Of a stretch of 64,000 nt of DNA, positions 36,132-44,891 are shown piece by piece. The position numbers and the translations under genes are program-made. Every line of letters starts with the position of its first letter. Positions within the stretch are counted from its first letter, which is position 1. Origin of the DNA: a virus; the UHGV virus genome UHGV-1558314; one strand, 5' to 3'. The notes under the pieces were generated by a model. That model saw nothing but the letters and a program-made list of their open reading frames with translations. It was not told where the DNA came from and ran no database searches.

Positions 36132-37265
36132 CTACTTGAGCCCATTGATGAATGCTTCAGTTTCAGCATCCATCGTTGCTGCTGCAGGTGCTGCTGCTGG
36201 AGCTGCTGCAGGTGCAGGCTCTGCTGCAGGTGCTGAAGCTGCTGCAAACGGGTCAATAGCTGTCTGAGCTGCTGGTGCAGTAGCAGGCGCAGCTGCCGGA
36301 GCTGCTGCAGGTGCAGGCTGAGTAGTCTGTGCCTGCTGAGCTGCTGACGAATTGATGACAATGTCAGGCCAGATATCCGACACATCCTTGTAGTTAGCAA
36401 GGCGCATCTTAACCTGACGCTTGATGTCATCAGAAGCTTCGTGGTAGCCCCACTCCTTTTCGACATTCGGGTACTCCTTGAGCATGTCGACAATCTGCTG
36501 CATGATTTGCTGCTTGTATGCAGGGTCAGTGTCATACTTCGCCTGGTCAACAAGGCTGCCATCTGCAAGCAGCATCGACGATACGTTGGGCGAAATCGTC
36601 GAAGTCTCGTAGTCACGCATTTCAACGCCATTGACGTCTTTAAGCGTAATCTTCAAGAGAATGTCGTGGCCCTTAACAGGATGGAACATGTCCATAGGCT
36701 GAGCGCCCATTTGGATGTCTTCGTCGGTCGGCTTCATTGAGCTCAGCATTCTTTTATACAATGCAGCAGGGAGTCGATATGGGAGTACTTTCCCAACGTT
36801 CTCAGGGTGCACTGAATCAGCTTTGATTTGCACGAGGCAAGTGTACTGACTCTGCATACTGAACTCTCGCTTTGCAAGCGCTTCCTGCTGAGCATCCTTG
36901 GTATTGATGAGTTCCCAGTAGAACGCCGAAATGGGGCACCAACCGTAGGGTTTCATCAAATTTTCCGGATTTTCAGGATGCGGATTAGGCGAGCTCGGCG
37001 AATTGTAGCGGAAGCCCTGATTATGGCCAGTTGCAAACCAGTAATAACGAACGATTGAAATCGGTACTGCTGGGTCTGCTAAATTCGGCAATACGCGAAT
37101 AACTGCACGATAAACTTTGTCCTTTGGCGAATCCTGCGGCTTAGGATTGAAGAACTCAGGTCCTGCAGAACGTTCCGGCTTAGCAAAGCTTGCTACATTG
37201 TCCGGCTGGACATCAAAGATTGACAGCGGCTGATTACCGGTCTGTCCATTTTCAATTTGTGACAT
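36132..37265 (-). CDS. single-stranded DNA-binding protein (T4 gp32-like) with Ala/Pro-rich linker
   Basis: RAVIRVLPN and HPENVGKVLPYRL resemble gp32 core segments (AVIRFLPS; APENEGKVFKYRF), recalled from memory. Codon usage is visibly G/C-richer than neighbours. Confidence 0.55.
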   Translation of the reverse strand: MSQIENGQTGNQPLSIFDVQPDNVASFAKPERSAGPEFFNPKPQDSPKDKVYRAVIRVLPNLADPAVPISIVRYYWFATGHNQGFRYNSPSSPNPHPENPENLMKPYGWCPISAFYWELINTKDAQQEALAKREFSMQSQYTCLVQIKADSVHPENVGKVLPYRLPAALYKRMLSSMKPTDEDIQMGAQPMDMFHPVKGHDILLKITLKDVNGVEMRDYETSTISPNVSSMLLADGSLVDQAKYDTDPAYKQQIMQQIVDMLKEYPNVEKEWGYHEASDDIKRQVKMRLANYKDVSDIWPDIVINSSAAQQAQTTQPAPAAAPAAAPATAPAAQTAIDPFAAASAPAAEPAPAAAPAAAPAAATMDAETEAFINGLK

Positions 37266-37337
37266 CGCAATAAATTTTTAGAAAGTTTAACAAAAAGTTT
37301 GAAATGAACTCTTCAGAAAATCTTCAGAAGTTTATTT

Positions 37338-37398
37338 GTTATTTGTATATGTATTGTGCAACATGCATATTCATATTGTATATGAATATGATACAACA
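37338..37398 (-). promoter_or_regulatory. two tandem copies of the conserved promoter motif upstream of the SSB gene
   Basis: Minus-sense TTCGCATGTTGTATCATATTCATATACAAT and ATATGCATGTTGCACAATACATATACAAAT. Confidence 0.45.
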
Positions 37399-37416
37399 TG
37401 CGAATATCATTTGCAC

Positions 37417-38553
37417 TTATCTTGCATGACCGCAATCGTACACTGCAACATAACCAGCATCAATCATAGTCTGTTCATCTTGACCACAGTCTTCAATGTG
37501 CTCTTTTGTCTTCAAATGACACCAGTGCTTACGAATTGTTGACTTGTCATCTGACAGTTGCGGATTGAGCACAAAATCAGTTGAGTCTACTTGTTCACCT
37601 GCAAGATGCTTTCTAATGGCGTCAATGACTTCGTTGTCATCCATCCATTCGAATATTGTAATGCAAGTGTAGCCATGTTTGAGAGCAAGTTGAGCTTTGT
37701 CGAAGTGGTAGAATTTGCCAACTGGCTTATTGTGTTTTGTGCGCCCAGTTAAATATGCAAAGCCATATGTTGCATTGTGTGACCAAAGAGGATTAACTTC
37801 AATCAAAAGTTTGCAGTGTTCATTACAATAATCAAGGTCATATGACCATCGTCCAAGATTGACATTATCAAGCCCGCAATCAATACCAAGTTCTTGCAGC
37901 AATTTGTCATGCCACCAATGGTTTGTTTGCGATTTTATATGACCTTGAGCATTACGGCATTTAGTAGTCATACAAAACCATGGCACACCATGTCGTTCCA
38001 TATTGACTTCTTGAACGCGTTCAAGATTGCCGCTCTTATTGCCATAACGTTGCTGTTTTGTTTGCAATGCAGCATCAATATTGCCCCATGCATTGCCATA
38101 TCGTTTTACAACAGTTTGTCTACGTTTTTCAACATCACAGCACTTATTGCCATATTTACGCAATTTAGTGTCAAATGCTTTTTGTGTATTGCCTACGCCA
38201 CGTTTGACCCATTTGCGCTCTTTGCCTTGTTGACATCGTTCTTGGTTACCCCATGTGCTGCCATATCGTTCTAAATTTGTTTGTCTACGTTTTTCAACAT
38301 TGCCTGCTTTGCATCCATATCGTGCTAAATTTGTTTGTTGTTGTTTAGCTACGCAATCTTTGTTACGTGCAGGAAATTCAACGCCTAATGAACGTAGACA
38401 GCCAATTCTACGATTATAATTACGTTTAATATTGCCGTGTGATGTTTTACAAGGCCCATATCTTACAAACTCAGTTGTTCTCAACAACTCATCTCGCTCT
38501 TGCTCAAGCTCTGCAATGCGCTTCTCAAGAGCTTCACCAGTTAGTGGCGTCAT
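37417..38553 (-). CDS. basic tandem-repeat protein with C-terminal restriction-endonuclease-like domain (putative homing-type nuclease)
   Basis: Five to six tandem repeats of about 22 aa with consensus [K/Q]-x-QTN-L-x-RYG-x-x-x-GN; C-terminal DLDYCNEHCKLLIEVNPLWSHN resembles the D...l-IEV-[D/N]-G...H patch of Vsr/DUF559-type nucleases. Tentative. Confidence 0.4.
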   Translation of the reverse strand: MTPLTGEALEKRIAELEQERDELLRTTEFVRYGPCKTSHGNIKRNYNRRIGCLRSLGVEFPARNKDCVAKQQQTNLARYGCKAGNVEKRRQTNLERYGSTWGNQERCQQGKERKWVKRGVGNTQKAFDTKLRKYGNKCCDVEKRRQTVVKRYGNAWGNIDAALQTKQQRYGNKSGNLERVQEVNMERHGVPWFCMTTKCRNAQGHIKSQTNHWWHDKLLQELGIDCGLDNVNLGRWSYDLDYCNEHCKLLIEVNPLWSHNATYGFAYLTGRTKHNKPVGKFYHFDKAQLALKHGYTCITIFEWMDDNEVIDAIRKHLAGEQVDSTDFVLNPQLSDDKSTIRKHWCHLKTKEHIEDCGQDEQTMIDAGYVAVYDCGHAR

Positions 38554-39305
38554 TTCACTTCAGGTTTTGCTTGCTTGGCCAACTCAGCTTCAGCATTGAA
38601 CTCTTTGCCCTCAGCTTTCATTGTTTCAGCATAAGTCTTTTCATCAGTGTAACGTTCTACGTCATCACCAAGCAGTTTTGCAACTTCATCATCTGCTTCA
38701 AACAATGGCTGTGGATTGTCATCATTGTCATCTTTGAGTTGCTCAAATGTGCTGTTATGCTTTTCTGCAATTTTGATGAGGTCAACGATTGAACGAGTTA
38801 CGAGTTCACCATTGATGCCTGACTGTTGTTCAGATTGACCAGAGCCTTGTTGCAATTCTGCTTGAGTTGCTCGAACATTATTATTGAGTGATGCAAGTAC
38901 ATTGGGAAGAGTTCGACAATATGATATATACTGCTGAACCAACGACATTGCATCATTCTGCAGTTTGATGAGAAATGCAAACTCACCCATGCCTCCGCCT
39001 TGTGCATCAATGCGCTCGAATACTGAATCAAGTGCATGCATTGCATAGAACACTTGTTTGCAAAGTAAATTGATGTTTGTCTTCTCCATCTCGATTGATG
39101 CATCGATAAACGGTGACTTAACATCTGCTGCTATGCACAATTTGCGAACTTCGTCAACATATTTTGAACACTTGTCAAGTGTCTTGTCAAGTTTGCTTCG
39201 GTCAAACTGCTTGTAAACTTCTAATGCATCGCTTACTTCTGCAGCATCCAATATTGCATTTGCTGCAGCCAATTCTGATTCTCTGCTCATCTCAAAATGG
39301 TCCAA
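38550..39305 (-). CDS. hypothetical protein (251 aa)
   Basis: ORF track. Confidence 0.45.
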   Translation of the reverse strand: MDHFEMSRESELAAANAILDAAEVSDALEVYKQFDRSKLDKTLDKCSKYVDEVRKLCIAADVKSPFIDASIEMEKTNINLLCKQVFYAMHALDSVFERIDAQGGGMGEFAFLIKLQNDAMSLVQQYISYCRTLPNVLASLNNNVRATQAELQQGSGQSEQQSGINGELVTRSIVDLIKIAEKHNSTFEQLKDDNDDNPQPLFEADDEVAKLLGDDVERYTDEKTYAETMKAEGKEFNAEAELAKQAKPEVK

Positions 39306-39901
39306 GCTTCAATGATTGCTGAAAAATCTTCAAAGGGCATTGTAGTGTAGCCGGAATCACCCCAAGATATACCCCAGCTATTCTTGATGATGAATGAGTC
39401 TTTTGTATAGCCGACAATTGACACTGCATGACCACCAAAATTGCCATCGCCTTTCCAAAAATGCTCAGCATCAATGTCTTTTACGAGCATACCAACAAAG
39501 ACAGGCCCATTTGCTACAACAGCAGATTTGATTTCATCAATTGTGTAGCAACGTCTGTATGCAGTTATTGGCAATTGCTCTGAGCCCTTTGACATTTTGA
39601 TTGGCTGTGCTTTGAGTAGCTTAAAGACGTCACGTGGAATCATGCCCTCTTGAGGCTTATTTGAACGACGCTCATACAATGCTTTGATGTCAAGCTTGCC
39701 TTGCATAGACAGCACAGAAGACCACCAGTCAATCATTGTTGCTGCTGTGTAAGCTGCACACATTGATGTACTGCCTTGGTCTTCTACTTGAAGCTGAGCA
39801 AGCTTATATGCAAGTGGCAAGTCGGTTTTTGCGTCAAAGCGCAAGTCTCTGTCATCTTGTGGTGACTGGATGTAGCCCAGTCCATATGTCATCTGTTTCA
39901 T
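39287..39901 (-). CDS. papain-like (C1 family) cysteine peptidase
   Basis: Catalytic motifs in order: QGSTSMCAAYTAA (Gln...Cys), GGHAVSIVGY (His), KNSWGISWGDSGY (Asn-Ser-Trp). Confidence 0.6.
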   Translation of the reverse strand: MKQMTYGLGYIQSPQDDRDLRFDAKTDLPLAYKLAQLQVEDQGSTSMCAAYTAATMIDWWSSVLSMQGKLDIKALYERRSNKPQEGMIPRDVFKLLKAQPIKMSKGSEQLPITAYRRCYTIDEIKSAVVANGPVFVGMLVKDIDAEHFWKGDGNFGGHAVSIVGYTKDSFIIKNSWGISWGDSGYTTMPFEDFSAIIEAWTILR

Positions 39902-39916
39902 ATCAGATAGTGTATA

Positions 39917-40213
39917 TCATTGTTCATGCCAGTGTCCTGTCAAGTCAAACATTGCTTCACGTTGTGCCTTTGTGCATTTTGCAATGTCGTCAATAATCCA
40001 ACGCGGAGTGCTTCCCCAGTTGCAATATCGAATATAGCCTAATTGCTCAAGTTCTGCAACTGGGTCATACGCAAGACTAATTGGCATATTGTATGCATCA
40101 AACAGTTCTGGTTTGAGCTTTTGCAACAATATGTCAGCAGTTTTGTTATGTTCAGCAAAGCCACAGTAGGTGACTTGACCTGATGAGCTTAACCAGCAAG
40201 ATTGCATTGTCAT
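39917..40213 (-). CDS. hypothetical protein (98 aa)
   Basis: ORF track. Confidence 0.4.
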   Translation of the reverse strand: MTMQSCWLSSSGQVTYCGFAEHNKTADILLQKLKPELFDAYNMPISLAYDPVAELEQLGYIRYCNWGSTPRWIIDDIAKCTKAQREAMFDLTGHWHEQ

Positions 40214-40572
40214 TCATTTGGTTGAGGCTCAATTCGCATCACTACACGCACAGAATCTCTATAAGGATAAACTGACGCAACAATCAAATACCAACGTTTG
40301 TCGTCGACTTCGCCATTTGACTTGATGTATGGCGCAGAAGTAGTAATGTATCGAGCATGTTTGAATGTCGTATCTACTCTTGCAGCAAGACAGGTAGAAT
40401 CAGTCGTTTGAGCATGCCACACATCAATTTCTGGTAAATACGTGTTATGAGCATTGCATACACTATCAACAAATTCTCGTGGTTGCAAAGTGACAGTTGA
40501 CACATATATTGGCTTAACTGCAGCGCATGCAATGCATGCAATTGCAATGAACAACAATGTAAATCGTTTCAT
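40210..40572 (-). CDS. small secreted or lipoprotein-like protein
   Basis: N-terminus MKRFTLLFIAIACIACAA is a signal peptide with Cys near the predicted cleavage region. Confidence 0.45.
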   Translation of the reverse strand: MKRFTLLFIAIACIACAAVKPIYVSTVTLQPREFVDSVCNAHNTYLPEIDVWHAQTTDSTCLAARVDTTFKHARYITTSAPYIKSNGEVDDKRWYLIVASVYPYRDSVRVVMRIEPQPNE

Positions 40573-40576
40573 ATTC

Positions 40577-40846
40577 TTAGACGTTTTGTAGTTCTACAAT
40601 ATCATATCGCTTATGCAATTCAGACCAGTCACGAACGTAGCCTGTCATAAAGACATGCAACATGTATGGCTTGCTGTCAACATACTTGACTGCACCTGCA
40701 GCATCTTTGATTTGCTTGGCAGTTAGCCAAACTTCTGCGTTGTTACTTGTGTATACGCAATGATACACAGGCTCTGACAATTCAGTCACTGTGATTTTCT
40801 TGCCATTGCGCAATATGCATCGTACTTGTTTGCCCATTGCTTGCAA
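40577..40846 (-). CDS. small hypothetical protein (paralog of 41180..41476)
   Basis: Shared segments VTELSEPVYHCVY / ITELAQPVFPCFVY and GYVRDWSEL / GYVRGWTEL. Confidence 0.4.
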   Translation of the reverse strand: MQAMGKQVRCILRNGKKITVTELSEPVYHCVYTSNNAEVWLTAKQIKDAAGAVKYVDSKPYMLHVFMTGYVRDWSELHKRYDIVELQNV

Positions 40847-40886
40847 TTTATGATATTGTTAAGATATCTACAAAAAGCAATGCACT

Positions 40887-41183
40887 CTACAAAAAGCAAT
40901 GCACCATAAAACCCAAGAACATAATTATTGCAGGCTGCATGATGCAATACATAAAGAACTGTGCAGCAATCGGCAATTCATTGAACTTGTTGACTGTGTC
41001 ATGATTCTTGAACAATGCCAGTACAAATGATATCCCAATTGCATGCTTAAGCGATAACGCAGTCAATGCGGGCCACACAGGCATCACAAACCACTCCCAG
41101 AAGTTCATAATAATGCAGCCATTCAGAATATAGCCTAACAGCATGAACATAATGCATGCAACAGTTGTCAGAAAGTTTTTCAT
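40887..41183 (-). CDS. small membrane protein (3 TM; holin-like candidate)
   Basis: ORF track; three hydrophobic segments in a 98-aa protein. Confidence 0.4.
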   Translation of the reverse strand: MKNFLTTVACIMFMLLGYILNGCIIMNFWEWFVMPVWPALTALSLKHAIGISFVLALFKNHDTVNKFNELPIAAQFFMYCIMQPAIIMFLGFMVHCFL

Positions 41184-41476
41184 ATACGCTCAAGTTTTAT
41201 GATGTCAGTTCTTAATGATTTGTATACAGCAAATAATTCAGTCCAGCCTCGTACATAACCAACGCCAATTACATGCAATGCATGTGCATCTGGTTTTGTA
41301 TGGCAATGTCTTGCATGAGGCTGCTGTTCAAGTTCTGCTTGTGTAAGATAGACCTTTGATGTGTCATCATACACAAAACATGGAAATACTGGCTGTGCAA
41401 GTTCTGTTATGTCAATGTCTTGACCATTAGATAGCTTTGCAAGATATAATGTATTGGATTGCATATTAGCTTGCAT
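41180..41476 (-). CDS. small hypothetical protein (paralog of 40577..40846)
   Basis: See 40577..40846. Confidence 0.4.
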   Translation of the reverse strand: MQANMQSNTLYLAKLSNGQDIDITELAQPVFPCFVYDDTSKVYLTQAELEQQPHARHCHTKPDAHALHVIGVGYVRGWTELFAVYKSLRTDIIKLERI

Positions 41477-41477
41477 A

Positions 41478-42401
41478 TTACATTGAGATGTTAAGAATTC
41501 GCTTGACTACAGAATCGATATCATTGTTTGCAGCATTGCACAGTTCCATGCGAACATTAGAATCAATGAACAAGTTATGAAACGTTGACGCAGCTTGAAC
41601 AAGATGACACCAGATTGCTCGTCTACACATTGCAAGTTCTCTGTCAGCTTTGCTGCATTGCATGAGATACGAGTTTGCTCTATCACTGTAATATGACTGA
41701 GCATACTTGCATTGACGTTCAGCGTCATTTACAATGTACATGTATGGAGTCTTGACGTCAAAGTAAATTTTGCAATACAATGACTTGTCATCAATTGCAA
41801 AGTCATCAATATTGACAGTCAAATCTGTCATTGCATACGTCAAACCTCTGTCATGCAAATATGCAAACATTGCAGTATAGCATTGATGCAATGTAGCAAT
41901 CAATTCACATTTGTCAGTTGACTGAACAACTTTGTATGCTGCTTTGATTGCCTTTGCATATATGAGCTGCAAACACAGCTCTTTGCGACGCAATGCTTTG
42001 CGTTCAAATTGTCGCTCATATTTGATGTGCTTACGTATGCGTTTGCGTTCTGTAAGCAATTTCGACAAGTCAATACGAATGTATTTTGATACATTTGTAA
42101 CAGCGGTGTCAATACTGTGCCACTGTTCAATGTCGTCAATGTCAAGTTCATGCGCAAGTGAATGTGACACTCTGCCGTACATGTATAAGACTTTGCAGTT
42201 GTCATCGCATAATGCATACATACACCATGATGACAGTTCAATGTCATGCTCAAATGTGGCAAAATCAACTTCTACTGCAATATTTGCGTTTGTGCATATG
42301 CATTTTTGAATGTCAATGTCACTTAAGTACCACTTGAAAAATGAATCGACTTCTGCAGAATGTTGACTTATGATGCGCTTGAACAGCTTGTTCGATTTCA
42401 T
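41478..42401 (-). CDS. hypothetical protein (307 aa)
   Basis: ORF track. Confidence 0.45.
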   Translation of the reverse strand: MKSNKLFKRIISQHSAEVDSFFKWYLSDIDIQKCICTNANIAVEVDFATFEHDIELSSWCMYALCDDNCKVLYMYGRVSHSLAHELDIDDIEQWHSIDTAVTNVSKYIRIDLSKLLTERKRIRKHIKYERQFERKALRRKELCLQLIYAKAIKAAYKVVQSTDKCELIATLHQCYTAMFAYLHDRGLTYAMTDLTVNIDDFAIDDKSLYCKIYFDVKTPYMYIVNDAERQCKYAQSYYSDRANSYLMQCSKADRELAMCRRAIWCHLVQAASTFHNLFIDSNVRMELCNAANNDIDSVVKRILNISM

Positions 42402-42688
42402 GCTCGTATAAGTTTGATGACACAGTGCCTACAAGTAGCAAAAGTACTCAATATTGTTTCTACTTTGACACTGTACTGCACATCAATGACACGATATGTG
42501 CCACACAATGCAGACATTTCTTGACGACGTTCTGCAGGTACATTGACACTGTCTGTCAAATTGATGATTGCACCAATCTGCATAGATGACATGACTGCAA
42601 ATTGTTCTGGACCTACTTCTGCTTTGCGATATGCGACTTGTTTGTTGTTTTCGCAAATACTGAATGCTACTGTATAATCTGGTGTCAT
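42398..42688 (-). CDS. hypothetical protein (96 aa)
   Basis: ORF track; 4-nt overlap. Confidence 0.4.
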   Translation of the reverse strand: MTPDYTVAFSICENNKQVAYRKAEVGPEQFAVMSSMQIGAIINLTDSVNVPAERRQEMSALCGTYRVIDVQYSVKVETILSTFATCRHCVIKLIRA

Positions 42689-42700
42689 GATAGTCGCGTT

Positions 42701-43180
42701 TTATTCATTATCGTCATCATATCCCATGCAATCTTCAAGACTTGCAAAGTCATCATCAAAGTCATCGAATTCAGGCTCTTTATTGCACCATTTGTAAGGT
42801 GGATTGTTGAGCAATTCAAGCTCTATTGCATTTGACTGTGCAGAAATCGGAACATATTCGAATGCTTCGACTGACATATCAAATTTGATGCAATGCAGCC
42901 ACGGAAACATATCAGTGTCCTCATGCACAATGGGCTGACGAACGTAGTCTTTCATTGCAATGAACTTGCTGCTGTTGTCCCAGTCTTCAATAGGAATTTC
43001 AAACTGTGATATGGTCGTATGACAATCGTCAAAGAAATTGCAGGATACGCCTACAATAACGTGCGTGTCTGTACGTTGACGTTCTATTGCAAGAAAGTCG
43101 TGTTTCTTGGAAAGATGAACTTCTCCATGCTTCTCTAAAAAGATTTTAAGAAGCTCTTTGTTAATGTCATTGATATTCAT
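42701..43180 (-). CDS. hypothetical acidic protein (159 aa)
   Basis: ORF track; acidic C-terminus. Confidence 0.4.
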   Translation of the reverse strand: MNINDINKELLKIFLEKHGEVHLSKKHDFLAIERQRTDTHVIVGVSCNFFDDCHTTISQFEIPIEDWDNSSKFIAMKDYVRQPIVHEDTDMFPWLHCIKFDMSVEAFEYVPISAQSNAIELELLNNPPYKWCNKEPEFDDFDDDFASLEDCMGYDDDNE

Positions 43181-43202
43181 TGCTGTAGAGATTTTATGAT
43201 GT

Positions 43203-43514
43203 TTAATACTGAGTTTTTGCAGATATAGCTACTTTAATTGCTGCTTTAATTTGTTCGATTGCATCTTGTGAGAACAATTCTGGCACTGCTAAATAGTGAT
43301 ACCATGATGTTGGCGCTGCCTGCATATCAGTTCGTTTAATTGCGAACCGAAGTTCTTTTGGTGAACCAAGGCAACCCATATATTGGCAGCTTATTAGCTT
43401 AACTTGCACATTGTTAATGCTGCTATGAATAGCAAGATGAGACAGATTTATTCTGTCATAGAATTTTAGATGCTTGAGTTGTTTTTCAATTGCTTTGAAT
43501 GCGTTTGTATTCAT
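43203..43514 (-). CDS. hypothetical protein (103 aa)
   Basis: ORF track; promoter/5' UTR (AAACCTCTACAACA-ATG) near-identical to that of gene 10397..10618. Confidence 0.4.
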   Translation of the reverse strand: MNTNAFKAIEKQLKHLKFYDRINLSHLAIHSSINNVQVKLISCQYMGCLGSPKELRFAIKRTDMQAAPTSWYHYLAVPELFSQDAIEQIKAAIKVAISAKTQY

Positions 43515-43587
43515 TGTTGTAGAGGTTTGTATACTATATTGATATATGATAATTGTACTACAAATTTATCAAATTTGCACTGATTTA

Positions 43588-43696
43588 ATATATAATATGT
43601 CAATAAATTTCACATATAAAGTCTTTTCGCTTATGAAAACTACTCAACTCTGGTTTGAACGCCAGCAGTCAATCGCGGGGGGGCTCTTCGTGACAC
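43588..43696. repeat. left arm of a near-perfect inverted repeat of about 109 bp
   Basis: tatataatatgtcaataaatttcacatataaagtcttttcgcttatgaaaactactcaactctggtttgaacgccagcagtcaatcgcgggggggctcttcgtgacac; its reverse complement occurs at 46611-46721 with one small indel. Confidence 0.85.
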
Positions 43697-43749
43697 AGGC
43701 ATGCGCATATACGTGCGTGACAATGCTGATAACATTGTTAATGGGCTAA
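43633..43749 (+). other. short leader ORF (MKTTQLWFERQQSIAGG...) containing a G7 tract, in the +1 frame relative to downstream gene 43701..44333
   Basis: ATG at 43633; G7 at 43677-43683. The gene A frame is open from 43659 through the G tract, so a -1 shift or one extra G fuses leader and gene. Confidence 0.5.
43677..43683 (+). repeat. homopolymeric G7 tract (candidate slippage site)
   Basis: cgcgggggggctc read directly. Confidence 0.9.
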
Positions 43750-44333
43750 CTTGCTATTTGCACTGTATTGAAACAGGTCGAACACTTCAAAGAGACTTGC
43801 ACACAAGCAATAATGGTGATGGCGTCACATTTTACATAACTGGTGATGACTATAAGCAATTAGTCGGCTCAACAAAAGACGCACAATTTTATCTTATTGA
43901 CACGCCTGATGCTGCAGATATGTCTTGGTCATCTGCAGCATTTACACTTAGATATGGCGCAGATATAGTTAACAACACACTAAATGTCAATATTGAAGCG
44001 TTCAAATCATGCGAAGTAACAATAACTAACAGTGGCAATACATGCAGTTGCACCGCAATGCTTGAATCTGCATTGCCAGTGGCAATTAAACTGTCAACAA
44101 TTTGCAATACATCAGTAGCATCTAATGTCGATGTGTCAGTTAACATAGCTGCAAATAGCTTGACTGCTAATTTTAGAGTTGGCAATAGCTTATCTGCAAA
44201 ATTGACGCATGTCGGCATATGGTCTATTGCTAATGCTTCTTATGTTTCACCAATATATGAGGGTGCTATAATTGTGAAAACACTGAACGACATATTTCAC
44301 GTGTTCATAACAGATAAGACAACACTTGGCTAA
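43701..44333 (+). CDS. cassette gene A (210 aa), candidate variable fibre or receptor-binding protein
   Basis: ORF track; first plus-strand gene after the strand switch; starts 5 nt after the IR. Confidence 0.5.
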   Translation: MRIYVRDNADNIVNGLTCYLHCIETGRTLQRDLHTSNNGDGVTFYITGDDYKQLVGSTKDAQFYLIDTPDAADMSWSSAAFTLRYGADIVNNTLNVNIEAFKSCEVTITNSGNTCSCTAMLESALPVAIKLSTICNTSVASNVDVSVNIAANSLTANFRVGNSLSAKLTHVGIWSIANASYVSPIYEGAIIVKTLNDIFHVFITDKTTLG

Positions 44334-44368
44334 GTGTACATATCTTACAACATTCAAACATATAGCAT

Positions 44369-44425
44369 ATGAAAACTCCACAATTTTGGTTTGAGCGTCA
44401 ACAAGGGCTAGCGGGGGGGCTCTAA
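44369..44425 (+). other. leader ORF copy B (MKTPQFWFERQQGLAGGL, 18 aa) with G7 tract
   Basis: Diverged at nucleotide level from the IR copy but conserved as peptide. Stop immediately after the G tract, while the gene B frame opens immediately before it. Confidence 0.5.
44413..44419 (+). repeat. homopolymeric G7 tract
   Basis: gcgggggggctc read directly. Confidence 0.9.
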
Positions 44426-44462
44426 ATTAGTCTACCTGCAACTTGTTATTGGCGACGCTTCG

Positions 44463-44891
44463 TTGTACAACTTTGGCACTACTGAAACAATGGCGATACA
44501 AGGTACAATATCGCTTGACAATGTCACAGTTAACATACCAACGTCAGGCTTTCCTATCAAAATGATGGAATGCCGCGGTGGTGAAACTCATGCAATTGGT
44601 GCGTTAATGATGCCAAAAGCTTATGACTACTCAAACTTTGCTGCAAAAATTGGTTTTGGCTGCTATGCAGCAGATGGTCGTGGCACTGGCAACGTTTACA
44701 ACATCAATGTGTATGCCAACATTAACAACACAAGCCCTGGTGGTAATCCCATACTGTTAACTTCTATGGCATGGCAATATCCATTAGGCGTTGGTGATAA
44801 GCTTACATTGCCAATGTCAAATCCATCTGTCAAAGTTAACAATGGAGATATCGTGTCAATCATACTTAAGAATGCAAGGAAAGTCAGCTAA
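44463..44891 (+). CDS. cassette gene B (142 aa; start uncertain)
   Basis: ORF track uses a TTG start; in-frame ATG at 44490. The frame is open upstream to the G7 tract (RGGSKLVYLQLVIGDASLYNFGTTET...). Confidence 0.45.
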   Translation: MYNFGTTETMAIQGTISLDNVTVNIPTSGFPIKMMECRGGETHAIGALMMPKAYDYSNFAAKIGFGCYAADGRGTGNVYNINVYANINNTSPGGNPILLTSMAWQYPLGVGDKLTLPMSNPSVKVNNGDIVSIILKNARKVS

